From positions 1,922,001 through 1,986,000 of the forward strand of contig CAJFCJ010000012.1 of NCBI GenBank assembly GCA_904063045.1: a DNA stretch of 64,000 nt. The letters run 5' to 3'. This stretch comes from Dimorphilus gyrociliatus (Eukaryota; Animalia; Annelida). Numbering within the stretch: the stretch's first letter is position 1; each line of letters starts with the position of its first letter. The position numbers were made by a program, and so were the translations under genes. The notes beneath the pieces are model-generated. The model did no database searches. It was not told the DNA's origin and saw nothing but the letters and a program-made list of their open reading frames with translations. Shown in pieces: positions 1-22,920 of this stretch.

Positions 1-1469
1 AAATGTTTATCATACAATCGAATAGACGGAAACTGTATCACTTCATTTTAGTCATGTCTGCTTGAAAAGGAAGAGTTTTCCTATTTTTATTATAGTTCAA
101 CATTCGTCACTTATAAATGTATAAATATAATACGAAACAGTGCATAATTAAACAAAAATTGTTCTAATTGCTAGGATAATAAATCTATAATTATTATTTT
201 TAGAATGTATATTTTAACAAACCAGTGAAAGCCTATACAGAAATTTAATTATCGGTTTTACATATAGAAAATCAAAGAAGTTAAATTATGTTTAAAAAAT
301 ATAATAAGAGACATTTTAAAAAGGCAAAGAGTGGTAAATTTAAAAGGAAACGTTTAATGATTAGTCATGACTCTTTAGAACTATTCTCTATTTTTCCCTC
401 CAAAACCTCTTTTACCCCCCACATAACAAATTGTAGCAATGTGTGTCAAAAATACGATGTGCTTTAATCTTTACACAAACAAAATTCATTGTATATCGTC
501 GATATTGATTGTTAAAAGCAATTATTTCCTGTACTTTATACTGTGTAGTTCTTAAGCTGTTATTGGGTTTTTTTTCCTCTCGTCAAGATATTTTTTTTTA
601 TAGTATAACTTTGAATAACAGTCTGATAAAAAAACTTGCATGTATCTTATCAAAATTTTATGTGTCTATGAAAGCCTATAATCAATAGTCTGGTAAAAGA
701 TAAAATACCTTATCTTATCAATAGTAATGTGTTTAATTAAATTATAACATCCGTGGCATAAAAAGATATTAGCAACTGAATCTATTCAACTTATTATGAC
801 TAATATAAATTCACTTGTGTAATATTACGTTTGTTTTAGTGTTGCATTGCTACTAATGATTAATTAGGCTAAATATTTTACATTGGTGTTATTGTATTTT
901 ATTATATGTATAACTAAGATAGTCACAACACAGAATATTGAATATATATGCTTCTTTTATGGTCTTCATATTAAAAAGTTAAAAAAAGCCTTTGTTTATG
1001 GAGGACTCAATAAAAACTGGAAATGTCAATAATTTCATCGTTATAGCTAAAAAAATTTTCCTAATTAATTGGATTTTTAACCGTCCAATTGAATTTTACA
1101 ACGACCCAAATATCCTTTCAAGTTATTACAAGTTAACGTGTCCAAAAATGTGAGATGACGTCATGTCTAAATATGTCGGCCAATGGCCGTTCAGAAAGAC
1201 TGTTTTTTTTATGAATATTCATTGAGTTGCCTTATTGAGTTTCCTTCAGCGTTTACTGTGCTGCAGGCCATATATGCGTATCTAGGGGTTTTGTTAATGT
1301 TTAATTTCTAATTACACTTTTTTTGTAATATTTTTCATGATAATTATTTTTTAACTCATAATAAACTAGATAATTACATAATTTTGCTTTTAAGCTCTTT
1401 GATAAGAGAACTATAAAGCTGAAACCCCTTGAAAAAACAAAAACTGGTGTAGTTCTCTGGTGTGGTTGT

Positions 1470-3897
1470 ATGACTCACCCGACTCCCGCACTCAGTTCTA
1501 GTAGTAGTGGTTATACGACGACGAAGAAAATGAATCGCAGCTTACAACCAGATTTCAACGCTCTTCTTAAAGAAAGATTCTTCCCTGTTCATTCCTCAGG
1601 TATGATCGCCTTATAGTATGCGCAAAAATACTGATGTTTTTGTCAAAGATTTGGGCTAAGATGGGTATAAGTGGGCTTTTCAGGCTTTATTATTATTATT
1701 TTTTTATATATTATTGTAAAGGGACGCTATATTATGGTTAAATCATATTTGTAGCTTCTACGATTCGTAATATATTAATAATTAGAGAAGAAATACAGTA
1801 TATCAAAAATAAAATACGACAAGTCGAAGCTAGCAAACAATATCCAAGTGCGTGCTGATAATAGAAACAGCGCTTACAATAAAGATTCATATTGGATTTG
1901 CGACGTTCTGACCTAGGCATAGGCTTCGTTGGCACCTCGCCAATTGGCCGTTCGCCAAGCTTTTGAATTTGTAGAGGTCGCTTTTCGTCAATTTTATAAC
2001 ATATAGATTCAACGAAAGCTATCGCGATCGTAATATACTTAGAATAGTCTCGTATTTTTTATATTTTGATGTAGACTATTTTAAAGACCATGCCTGTTGT
2101 TGAGACAGCTAGTTATGCCTATTGCGATGGTAAGTGTCTTAAGTTCTCCTCGCAGACCATTAAAAAAAATAATAACAAATTTTTAATTAATTAGTTCTAA
2201 TTAAAATTAAAATAATAAACAAAACCCGTATTTATAGAAAATAATTAAAAAAAAAATAAATTGATAAATGCGCAAAACGCAACCTTTCCTAGAATGTTAA
2301 ACATGGTGGATAATCAATAGGAATTATAAAAATGTTATTAACAGATGTCGCTAGTTGTTAAAAAATATTACGAAATTCTATATCGTATCTTTTTGCAGCG
2401 CCAGTTTCTTCCGGACCAACTTCATCTCCTCCAGCGGATGATCTAAACCATCACCACTCTCGTATGAGCCCTATTGGAGAGAAAAATGGAGTTCAAGAGT
2501 TACGCAAGATTATATCGATGTATCTTGCTCATGTTTACCATAGCGATGAAAAGCGAATGGGTAAACGTAAAATGAAAAATCTTTGGGACAAGGCGCCAGA
2601 TGATTGGCCCGAGGGAATTCCCTTCGTAGACCCTAATAACGGTCTTAAAGAAGACAATGGTAAACAATTAAAACCTAAAAAGCATGATTTGGTCCCGATG
2701 TATAATTTTCTTCGTCAAAAATACGAAGCAAGTATATCAGGCACCCAAAGTGTCATTCCAACTGGTGAAATGAGAGGATCCTATATGCATGAGCCCACGT
2801 TTAGCCAGATCATATCTGAACAGGAACAAACAACAATTTCCACACATAGCACTTCGACTACCATGGCATCAACCTTTATGGAAACGAACCAGCAAAGTTA
2901 CGAAGATATGTTTCAATCGCAGCTGACAGCTGACTCTTCAAGTCGCATGACCAATGAGGTAACAGAACAGGTAAATAAGATTACTATGCTAGTTTACACT
3001 GCTTCGCTTTTTTCACATTCATTATAAATTGTGTAAACTACCTTAAAAAATCATATATGGTCTCTGCTGCTAACGGCACGGCAACATTGGCCAATTCATG
3101 ATAGATTTTTTTCTATATTCTTCACATTAAAATCATTGCTAATGCGATTATCAAAAAAAAAAAATATGTAATAAAGACTTCCGGCAGCAGAGGCCCGTGA
3201 AAGAATTAAGATGACTTTGGTTACACAATTTTATAAATCATAAAAATATATACTTAAAAAAAAAAATTGACAGACAAACAGAAAAAAATTCTGGAAAAAA
3301 AATATGGTTAACGATTACGTAAATAACAGTAAACGAATCAAGACAAATCAGGATTAAATTTACGGGTTGCCTCTCCTGCCAGTTGTTTAAATCTGCCATC
3401 TGCAAATTTACGTTTTCTAGGGAAATCATCTGTTGTTGATGGACGAATCAGAGGTTTATGGATACTGCACACTAGACCCAAAACCCAAGGAAGAAGATAT
3501 ACAAGTCTTCATGAAGACCTATAAAGTTAGTCCGGATGATAAGTTAGATATGGAATTGGAAGCCACAATTGATGAAAAATCCCATTTTAAGGAGTGTTCT
3601 CCATCGGCAAGATTCCATAGGCAAGATCAAAAAGACAAACTTGGATTTTTTCATAAGAAATCGAAATTTTATAGATTAAAACCAAATGAACCAGATTTCT
3701 TTACTCCATGTGACGCTAAGAGAATAAAATTGAGCCCGACAGCTAAATCAATGGATATGGACATGGACATGGATATGGACACCAGTTACAGTAAAGAGAT
3801 ACCAGGAAATTTTATCCTAGAAAATAAAGAAGTAGAAAAAAGTCCGATACCCGACTTTGAAATATTACTTGGAGGAAACAATAAACCAAGAAGATGA
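1470..3897 (+). CDS. Uncharacterised protein with a possible NRF1/Ewg-like PxxWPxxIPF subdomain; two alternative first exons
   Basis: Exon 1a is 1470-1599 and exon 1b is 2090-2129; both end in phase 1 at GT donors. They join 2399-2970 and 3421-3897 in frame, giving 392 or 362 aa. The motif LWDKAPDDWPEGIPFVDPNN weakly resembles NRF1 GWGKESCKPIWWPEDIPW. There is a (MD)5 repeat near the C-terminus. Confidence 0.7.
2342..2354 (+). promoter_or_regulatory. CTCF-like motif CAGATGTCGCTAG (intronic)
   Basis: Matches the 3' part of the CTCF consensus (AGRKGGCRS) with one mismatch; the same motif family recurs at 7096, 19869 and 52896. Confidence 0.3.
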
Positions 3898-5144
3898 ACA
3901 GACAAATAGTATAGTTAATGAAAAAAAAAGTGCCATTTATTTAATACTTTTTCTAAATCGAAATGCTGTAATAGTTTATTTCGAATAAAATAAAATCTAT
4001 AAAAAGTGATATATGTTAATATAAAACATATTTCATTCTTCCAAAAGTTTATTGTATATTATTTAATCGGTAAAATTGCATCGAAAATTATATTCTAACT
4101 TCACAGTAACGAAGATGGTATTGGATTGCAATAAACCAATCGAAATAGTATGGAAATAATCTGTTATGAAGTATAAAAGTGTGTACTTGAGTACGAAAGA
4201 TAAATAATTCTAAAATGAAGCATAGGAAATAAATTGCAGATTAACTAAAGTCTTTTAGCTGTGTATAGTAAAGATATGTAAGCTAGAACTCCACTTGAAT
4301 TTTGTCACAAAAAAGATTATAGCAACAATCATTTACAGCGACGCATGTCATATTTTATATCAGAAAGATAAATGAATAGGAAAATATGAAAGGGAAAGAG
4401 AGATTTATCTATTAATCATGAAAAGTAGAAGACAATTAAAAAATATTTATAATTATTAATAATATTGTTTTCTAATTAGTCTGTAAACCATTTCAAACAT
4501 TCATCATAATGATGAATGAATTTGGAATATGATGTTACGTTGTTGAATTCTTTAAACAGTAATTCATAAATTAGAAAGAAAAAAAAACAGAATCATTCAA
4601 TAAATTAAAAATTGAATGGATGTTTTCAAGTTTGATGTAAAAAAAATAAAATAATAGTACATACAAAATATATATATATAAATATATATAAATACAAATA
4701 ATTGATAATAAAGTCAACTAACTGCTACAGTACGAAAAAGAATTTCTCGTAAATTAACGAAATTTGTCTCTTTCACTTAAAAAGTGAACTTTGGTTTTTA
4801 ACAATCAACATTTATAAAGAAAAAAAAATAGCACAATAAACTACAGTATTCCTTCAGAATTTATAGTTGCAGGATCAGTAAAACAATTATATACCGTCAT
4901 AAAACGTGTTGGAGAACAAAAGAGAATGAGGAGTAGGAGAGAAAGAAGTAAATTTGAGATAGGGCGGGAGAGAGAGATAAAGAGAGGTAGAGGAGAGAGA
5001 GAAAGATTAGCCCAAGGCGTACTAATAAAAAAATATTTTTTGAGCAAAAACTAGAATAAAGCTACAATAGATCTTTCGTTTTCTAGAAATTAGAAAATGA
5101 AATCATTGAAATTAAGTTCAGTTTTTTTTTCTCTCTCTTCTTTT

Positions 5145-6491
5145 TTAAACCCTAGTATTTCTTATTGTAGGTTTTTTTTCTGTTATTTCTTGGTAGATAT
5201 GGTCATTATTTGGTTGCCAAACTACGTCAGTTGATGGTTTACTATTCTCTTTTTCTATTGAATCGGCAACCGTAGCGTATGGTGGTTCACTCTCAGAATG
5301 TCTTTCGGAAATTTTTGTTGGCACTGGAGGAGTATCTACCATGTCGTAATCGCCATCAACTTGGTAGTTATTCTGCAACGTTTCTGGTGTGGCGCTTTTT
5401 GTTTTTAAGCTTCTGTCTCTTTGCTTATTCACAACCGAATAGATAGGTATATCATTTGAACTGGAGGGTGGAGCAGTTTTCCTTTTTTCCTTATTTACTT
5501 TCGAGTAAAGTGATTCTCTCTTTAACACAGGAGCAGCATCAGCTCCGCCTACAGCGCCTGCAACCTCTTCTGAAGTTTTCTTGCTTTCGTGATGATCATT
5601 TACTTGATCGTAATTAGGTTCTTGCTCTTCATTTATTTCTGAATATATTTGAGTGGTATAATCATTTGAGGACTCTTTAATTACATCATAATTTTGTTGA
5701 TCTTCGACAATTTCATAAACGGTACTATTTGGTGGGATAAGTATTTGTTGCTGAGCCTCTCTCTCTCGAAGAGAGGATAAAGATTCTCGTGCAGAAATAT
5801 CGGAATAGGGTGGCTCTTTACCTAAAATAAGAAAAGCCAGTAAGATAAACGCAAAGTAAAGAGAATATGAAAACGATTAACCTGTTGTACAGATATTTCC
5901 TGTTCGAGATGGTGGAACAGCTTGAATTATTTCCCTATTGTCATCAATTGTAATTTTAGCGTCTTCACTTTTCTCTGGTATTACAGGAGGAGCACCACTA
6001 GTATCGGCAATGGTTGAGTTACGTATAAAATTTGACTGTTCTCCAGAACACCTAGAAACGTGACCATTCAATGACTCGACTGGAGGAGCTACTCTCCCGG
6101 TAACAACTCCCGATCCTGATTGATTTGGAGTATCACCAGGAACACACTCGTATATATTTGCATCGTGAGCCGCCGGATTGACAGTATCTGGTACCTCTGT
6201 ATAAACAGCTTCAACAGGTTCGGTTTCAGGAGGAACTTGAGGGAGTTCTCTGGCCTGTCCATTACTTTGACGACAACTCTTTGACTTAATTTCACCTGTA
6301 GATCTGAGTCATACTAGGAATAAAAATATGAAAGAAACTACTTCACAATACACTTACTTGCTATCACCATCTTTCCTACATTTTGTACAAGCAAATATAA
6401 AAAACACAGAGGAGACGAGAGACGCACTAGCAACTAGGAAAATGTTAACATTTTGGAAATTTTCATCGGCCGTATTTAAATGCGGAGCCAT
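5145..6491 (-). CDS. PAG1/Cbp-like palmitoylated transmembrane adaptor protein (410 aa)
   Basis: Exons 6491-6358, 6303-5882 and 5821-5145 total 1233 nt in frame. The protein has a short ectodomain, one TM segment (IFLVASASLVSSVFFIFA), a juxtamembrane CxxC (CTKC), RELPQVPPE (PAG1 RELPRIPPE), about 12 Tyr motifs including LYSKVNK and IYSVVNK (PAG1 MYSSVNK), and a C-terminal NTRV (PAG1 ITRL). Confidence 0.75.
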
Positions 6492-7095
6492 CGTATCTGA
6501 AAGTTCGTGAAAGATTAGTATAAAGATATAAAGTAATTGATAAAAAAAAGCACGTACATTTTAAAGTTGAGTCAACAAGGCAGTTAAAGAGAGGATGTTG
6601 AGTTTTAGATTATCAAATATCTAGATCTTTAAGCATTTCGAATTATATTTACAACGTTTAGCTTCTCTCTGAAATTAATATTAACGATAATATTAAACAA
6701 GGCAGCTAATTGTTTATTTAAATGTATCGATTAAACAGTATTTGTTAGATGTATCGTTTCCCTTGATATCAACCTTGGTTGTCTAACTTCTCTTTTACGT
6801 ATTATAAATAAAACAGTTCGTTAATTAAAAGATTACATTAGTAATTTAGTAAAATTTAGGCTTTAGTAGGCCTAAGAAATGACCGATCACAGTAAATAAG
6901 GTATACATAATTAAGACATCTTTTGATTAAATAAAATGGAATCAACTTAACTGTTTTCTCTTAGGTGTAAATATGGACCGTAGATAAGAAAAGATTAGGA
7001 AACTTTTCTCAGTTAAATTATAGACTTCCTATTTATATCGCCATCTTGAAAGTTCTTCGACTAAAATCCGAAAGGCGAGCATAAATATTGAATTA

Positions 7096-7108
7096 CAGAT
7101 GGCGTTAG
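7096..7108 (+). promoter_or_regulatory. CTCF-like motif CAGATGGCGTTAG in the divergent PAG1-like/ASB promoter
   Basis: Sequence matches the CTCF core AGATGGCG; a YY1-like CGCCATCTT lies nearby at about 7039. Confidence 0.4.
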
Positions 7109-7272
7109 TGTTTGCCAAACGTTCGATTTTGAGCCTGTGCGCGGCTACAGTAGGCGGCTAAGGACTCGCATAATGCGATGCGACAAAACTAAGAATAGAA
7201 AGGCAAATGCTGCGATAATAACACAGGACAACACAGAATAAAATATTCCTGTAGTACTACTTCGATAAAGGG

Positions 7273-8544
7273 ATGGAATTGTACGCTGCTGTTCAGAAAG
7301 GAGATAATAACAAGGTAGAAGGTCTTTTGATGAAAGGAGCAGACGCAAATGCAGTTTTCGACGACGAACCAGTATTATTTACAGCTGTCGCTAACCGCGA
7401 AGAATTAATTATTAAACTATTGCTCGATCACAATGCTGACCCCAATAGGCCTTTCGCTGCGGATGAAGGATTTGGGGTGATGATGAGATATCCTCTACAT
7501 GAAGCCATATGCCGAAACGAGAAGGAAATAGATGTATGTTGCCGAATTGTGTGTCAACTTTTATCTAAGGGAGCTGATCCAGATGCCGTTGACGACTGTG
7601 GACAAACAGCATTTCACCATGCAGCTGCCTGCAACAATCTTCAAATTATTAAATTATTACTGCAGTATAAAGCTAATCCACTGTTAGTTGATGCTTCAGG
7701 TGATACTGCTTTAAGTTTATCAGCAAGTGAAGGTCATTATGAGATTACTAAATTACTTCTGGAAAATGGCGTAAATCCCAATTCACCTTCAAGCGCAAAA
7801 AACGCTCTTTGCACACCACATTCTGCAATTATTCAACTACTCTTAGAACATAAAGCAAATCCTAATGGATATGTCTCTGAGGATGACAGCAATACAACAG
7901 TTGTCGAGTCATTCTGTCGTTTGGGGAAGGTGGACATTCTTACAAAATTGGTTCAACATGGAGGAAAGTTGACTCAACGCTGCGGGGTATTGGCGGTTAA
8001 TAAAGCATCTCCAAGCCTATTGCATTTCCTACTAGAGAATGGTGTGAAGTTTGGATTTGAGACGTTGGATGCCATTTACAAACAAGCTAATGCTAAAGCA
8101 CTTCTAAGTTTGTATCTAATTGGTATTGATCCGAAAATTGACGATACCAAGATGAGATACCTACAAGTCTTATCTTTAAATTTTCCCACTATAAAAGTAG
8201 TTAGAATGTTGGAAACAATGAAGAGTTTAAATATGGAGGAGCCATCTGTGTCGTGTATTTTAAAACTTAAAGACAATCCACTTAGCTTAGCAAGAACAAA
8301 AGATGTTTGTGAATACTTTTTAACTAATCTTGGTAATCCTATGGCACTTAAGGGATTATGTCGCATAAAATTATACGAGGTTTTGGGTAAAGATGTATTC
8401 TACCTAAAATTTCCTAATTCACCCGAAGTCGAAAGATTTTTAAGATTTGAGGAAGCGATGGCAATTGGAGAAAAGTGTTTAGCATGCGATGAATGGATCG
8501 ATGAATGTTCTTGTGGAGAATTTGAGGATTATAATGAAATTTAA
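7273..8544 (+). CDS. Ankyrin-repeat and SOCS-box protein (ASB-like), single coding exon, 423 aa
   Basis: Contains several ankyrin repeats (GQTAFHHAAACNNLQIIKLLLQYKANP, GDTALSLSASEGHYEITKLLLENGVNPN) and a SOCS box (NPMALKGLCRIKLYEVLG...PEVERFLRF). Confidence 0.85.
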   Translation: MELYAAVQKGDNNKVEGLLMKGADANAVFDDEPVLFTAVANREELIIKLLLDHNADPNRPFAADEGFGVMMRYPLHEAICRNEKEIDVCCRIVCQLLSKGADPDAVDDCGQTAFHHAAACNNLQIIKLLLQYKANPLLVDASGDTALSLSASEGHYEITKLLLENGVNPNSPSSAKNALCTPHSAIIQLLLEHKANPNGYVSEDDSNTTVVESFCRLGKVDILTKLVQHGGKLTQRCGVLAVNKASPSLLHFLLENGVKFGFETLDAIYKQANAKALLSLYLIGIDPKIDDTKMRYLQVLSLNFPTIKVVRMLETMKSLNMEEPSVSCILKLKDNPLSLARTKDVCEYFLTNLGNPMALKGLCRIKLYEVLGKDVFYLKFPNSPEVERFLRFEEAMAIGEKCLACDEWIDECSCGEFEDYNEI

Positions 8545-9321
8545 TCAAGCAAAATATTTCCATATCAAAAAAAATATGATTAGGCAAAAAATCATTCCAC
8601 CATAAAGAATAAACTTGTCTTGATGCGTCCTACGTTCTATTAATCTCATAACTGTGTTCGAGAGTCCTAACATATTAGTGACGTCTAAAATTTTTTGCTT
8701 AGCGGTCTTCAAAGATGAATATTGATTTCGCACACTTATCATAATTGCTGTACCAGTGTCTATCAATTGATCCACTTGATTATTTGCATTTAATAACCGC
8801 GAATTATGATCCAGCGCAGCACCCATTTCAATTGAAGTATCATCGGAACCGTATGTTGAATTTCTACTGTCGTTTGTAGTATATCTTCGACTGAGCAGGG
8901 CTTCTTTGTCCCGACGCTCCTCTTCCTTTCTACATCTAATTAAAATTTTCTTACTTCTATGTATGGTTATACAAAAATTAATCTTTACCTTTTCAATAGT
9001 ATGCTTCGCATTGCAGCTTGTAGATGCTGACAATCATACTTTAATTGATCAACCTTCAATTTTGTGCTTTGGCGTCGCGATGGTATCTCTTTATGAACCA
9101 TCAATTCAAGTTTCTCGCAATTTGATACGATTAAATCCACTAGAGCCTTTACATATATTAGATATCTTATTAGAACCATTTAAAGAACATCTAATCTGCA
9201 ACAATACCTGCAATTCTCTCTCAACCAAAGGATAATTTTCATTTGTTGCGGTTTCTAACCGACCCAAACTATTCTGTACATCCAACACTATTCTATGGGT
9301 CTGGTGATAGAGAGAATCCAT
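8545..9321 (-). CDS. GOSR2: Golgi SNAP receptor complex member 2 (membrin), 220 aa
   Basis: Exons 9321-9208, 9146-8989 and 8935-8545 are in frame. Diagnostic segments: MDSLYHQT, KLKVDQLKYDCQHLQAA, Qb-SNARE KQKILDVTNMLGLSNTVMRLIERR, and a C-terminal TM anchor. Confidence 0.95.
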
Positions 9322-9764
9322 TTTCCCTGCTAACCCTCAAGTAATTATTTCGAAATTTGGTCAACTGGTCTAACTACGTGGAGCGGAAACGGAAATTGAC
9401 ATCGTAGTTCGTAATTTAGGATATTTTTCATAAGGACTGTAGGAGGATTAGGCTAACATTGTTACGAATATTTTTGTCTCATAATAATAAAGTGTTTGAA
9501 AATTTCCAATGAAAAGTTGTTTCAAACAAATAAAGTTAACACCATACTCATGCATACAATATTTCATTTAAGTAGGCTATTGATATTTAAGATTTCACCA
9601 AGAGAATGTATCCCTCATGATTGAGTCTTCACCGTTGAAATATGAAGGTTAAAATACTTTTATAATCGCAAAGTATACTTTCCCAAATATTTTTTTCGTA
9701 ACGGAAGTTGCCTTCTGCTAACGAAAAAATTTCGACATTGTTTTACTTGAGTTTTTACTCAAAT

Positions 9765-9777
9765 TTAACTTAGCAAC
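9765..9777 (+). promoter_or_regulatory. RFX X-box-like site upstream of PIH1D3
   Basis: TTAACTTAGCAAC matches 11/13 of GTTRCYNRGYAAC, about 150 nt upstream of the ATG; a second degenerate site GTTGCCTTCTGCTAAC is at 9707-9722. Confidence 0.4.
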
Positions 9778-9929
9778 CTATACATGTAAGTTTTAAAAAT
9801 ATATTGAACAAACAAATCTAAAATTAATATAACTTTTTAACCACTAATTTAATTTTTATTTTGGCTTAGTCATATAAATCATCGATTTCGATTTTGTTTT
9901 CGAACGCAACTTTATTTTCAACTGGAGAT

Positions 9930-10841
9930 ATGGAAGGAATGCTGCCTCATTCAAGCCTTATGGCTTTACAAGATTTATTAAGTCCCGCTGACGACATAGA
10001 TCAAGACAGTGAAGATGAAAAAGTATACATCTCTTGCATTCAACTTTTTTCATTGGTTTATAGATTACTTTCAACAGCCCCAAACGGCAGCTTCATCGAT
10101 GACACCGGCAAGTATAGGCAACTCAAAGAAGATTGCAGGAAAAGGTATCTAGAAGATTTGTGATTATTATTATTTTTGTTATATAAAACTACTATTACTG
10201 TTTGTAAAAGCGGTTGAGAGAAATAATACTACAAAAGATTCAAATAATAAAGATATTTGGGATGAGGAAGAGATACAACCTGGCGCAGAAAATATAGACT
10301 ACGACGACCCACGACCAGAACCCGAGTATTTTTTTTATCTATACAGTATACATTGCTAAAAAGAAATTAATTAATATTCTTATTAATTAGATACGAAATT
10401 ATTTATAAACAAGCTGTAACAACGGAGGATGTTTACTTACAAATGAGCAATAAATCTCAAGCCACTGCCAGTTGCGATCAAATTGTTGTACGTAATTCAG
10501 AATTATAATTATACATCTAATAAATAAGATATTGTTTATTAATTATTTTCTAAAGGTTAGAATTAAATTACCAGACTCAAAGATTTCCGAAATAGATTTA
10601 GACGTGAAAAAGTCTTTTATTGATTGCAGATGTCCAAATTAGTAAGTATTTTTATTAGAATATAATTTACTTGAAACTATATATATATATCTTTATTAAA
10701 TTATAAAAATACAGTAAACTAGGCTTACATCTACCTCAACCAGTTGATCATAAATCTGGAAAGGCTGAATGGAATGGAAAAACATCAACATTATCAATAA
10801 CGTTAAAAATGATTCGAGAATATGATTTTATGAATTTATAG
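9930..10841 (+). CDS. PIH1D3: PIH1 domain-containing protein 3 / dynein axonemal assembly factor 6, about 194 aa
   Basis: Exons 9930-10008 (weak GTGAAG donor, uncertain), 10064-10144, 10211-10325, 10391-10487, 10556-10641 and 10715-10841. Motifs: MTPASIG, KDIWDEEEI, PEPEYEIIYKQAVTTEDVYLQM, YKLGLHLPQPVDHKSGKAEW. Confidence 0.92.
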
Positions 10842-11100
10842 ACAATAAATAATTAAAAAACTTTGTTTTATTTCATAAAAACTAAGAAAAAAAGAATGAT
10901 AATATTTCTAGAAAGAGTAATAATAATAATAATAGTAATAATAGGTCTTTTTTTATCAAATTTTCTTCTAAAACTATGAGGAGAGAACGTTTTACTTTGC
11001 AAAGTTTATTTATAAGTTTTTTCTTATAAAAAAAAACAATGGTAATACAATGAAATATGGTTAAAATTTGTAAGTTAAATGAGTGTTATAAGATATATTC

Positions 11101-19784
<8,684 letters not shown>

Positions 19785-19848
19785 ATTTTAGGCTAAAACA
19801 ATTATATTTCAATTCAAGCCGTATAGTTGTTGTATAAAATGGAGTGCG

Positions 19849-19884
19849 GTTGCTATGGTTTTAAACAGTAACGCCATCTATTGG
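19849..19884. promoter_or_regulatory. DNAI1/LRRC40 bidirectional promoter core: X-box half-site plus CTCF-like motif
   Basis: GTTGCTATGG at 19849-19858 lies 65 nt upstream of the DNAI1 ATG. TAACGCCATCTATTGG at 19869-19884 (reverse complement CCAATAGATGGCGTTA) closely matches CTCF. A further X-box-like GTTGCTAAGCAAA (12/13) is at 19290-19302 in DNAI1 intron 2. Confidence 0.55.
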
Positions 19885-20166
19885 TCGTTTCCAAACGAAT
19901 GGCTCAATAAAAAGTTATTGTAAACTAACAGTGTAGTGATAAAAATATTCACTAATTAATTTATAAATACACATATATATATATAGATTTTCTTTAAGAG
20001 AATAAAATCACCTTTCTTACAGAAACGTTAATCATGCAACTTTATAAACATTAAAGAAAGATACTCAAAAAAGGGGAGACCATACTAAAAACGAATATTT
20101 TGCCAACTGCTTTAGATTTATGCGAATAAGGATTGTTGAAATAAGATTTCAATCAAATTACACAAA

Positions 20167-22704
<2,538 letters not shown>

Positions 22705-22920
22705 AGTATAATTTTTTATTGTATATATTATACAATAAATAGAAGCGACTGAATATAATTTCGATATTGAATTACTTAAATATTGTATTTATGAAACATT
22801 TAAATTTTTTATGATAAAATACTTAGATAAAAGATTAGTAATGTGATAAATACAAGAATATTTTGTCTCTTTCAAATCAGAAGAATGATTGTCCTTTTCT
22901 CCTTATTTTTTTTTAAATTA

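Noticed and set aside
4841-5047. 68-aa minus-strand ORF
   Set aside because: It is the translation of a GA/CT-rich low-complexity tract in 3' intergenic DNA, with no splice or homology support.
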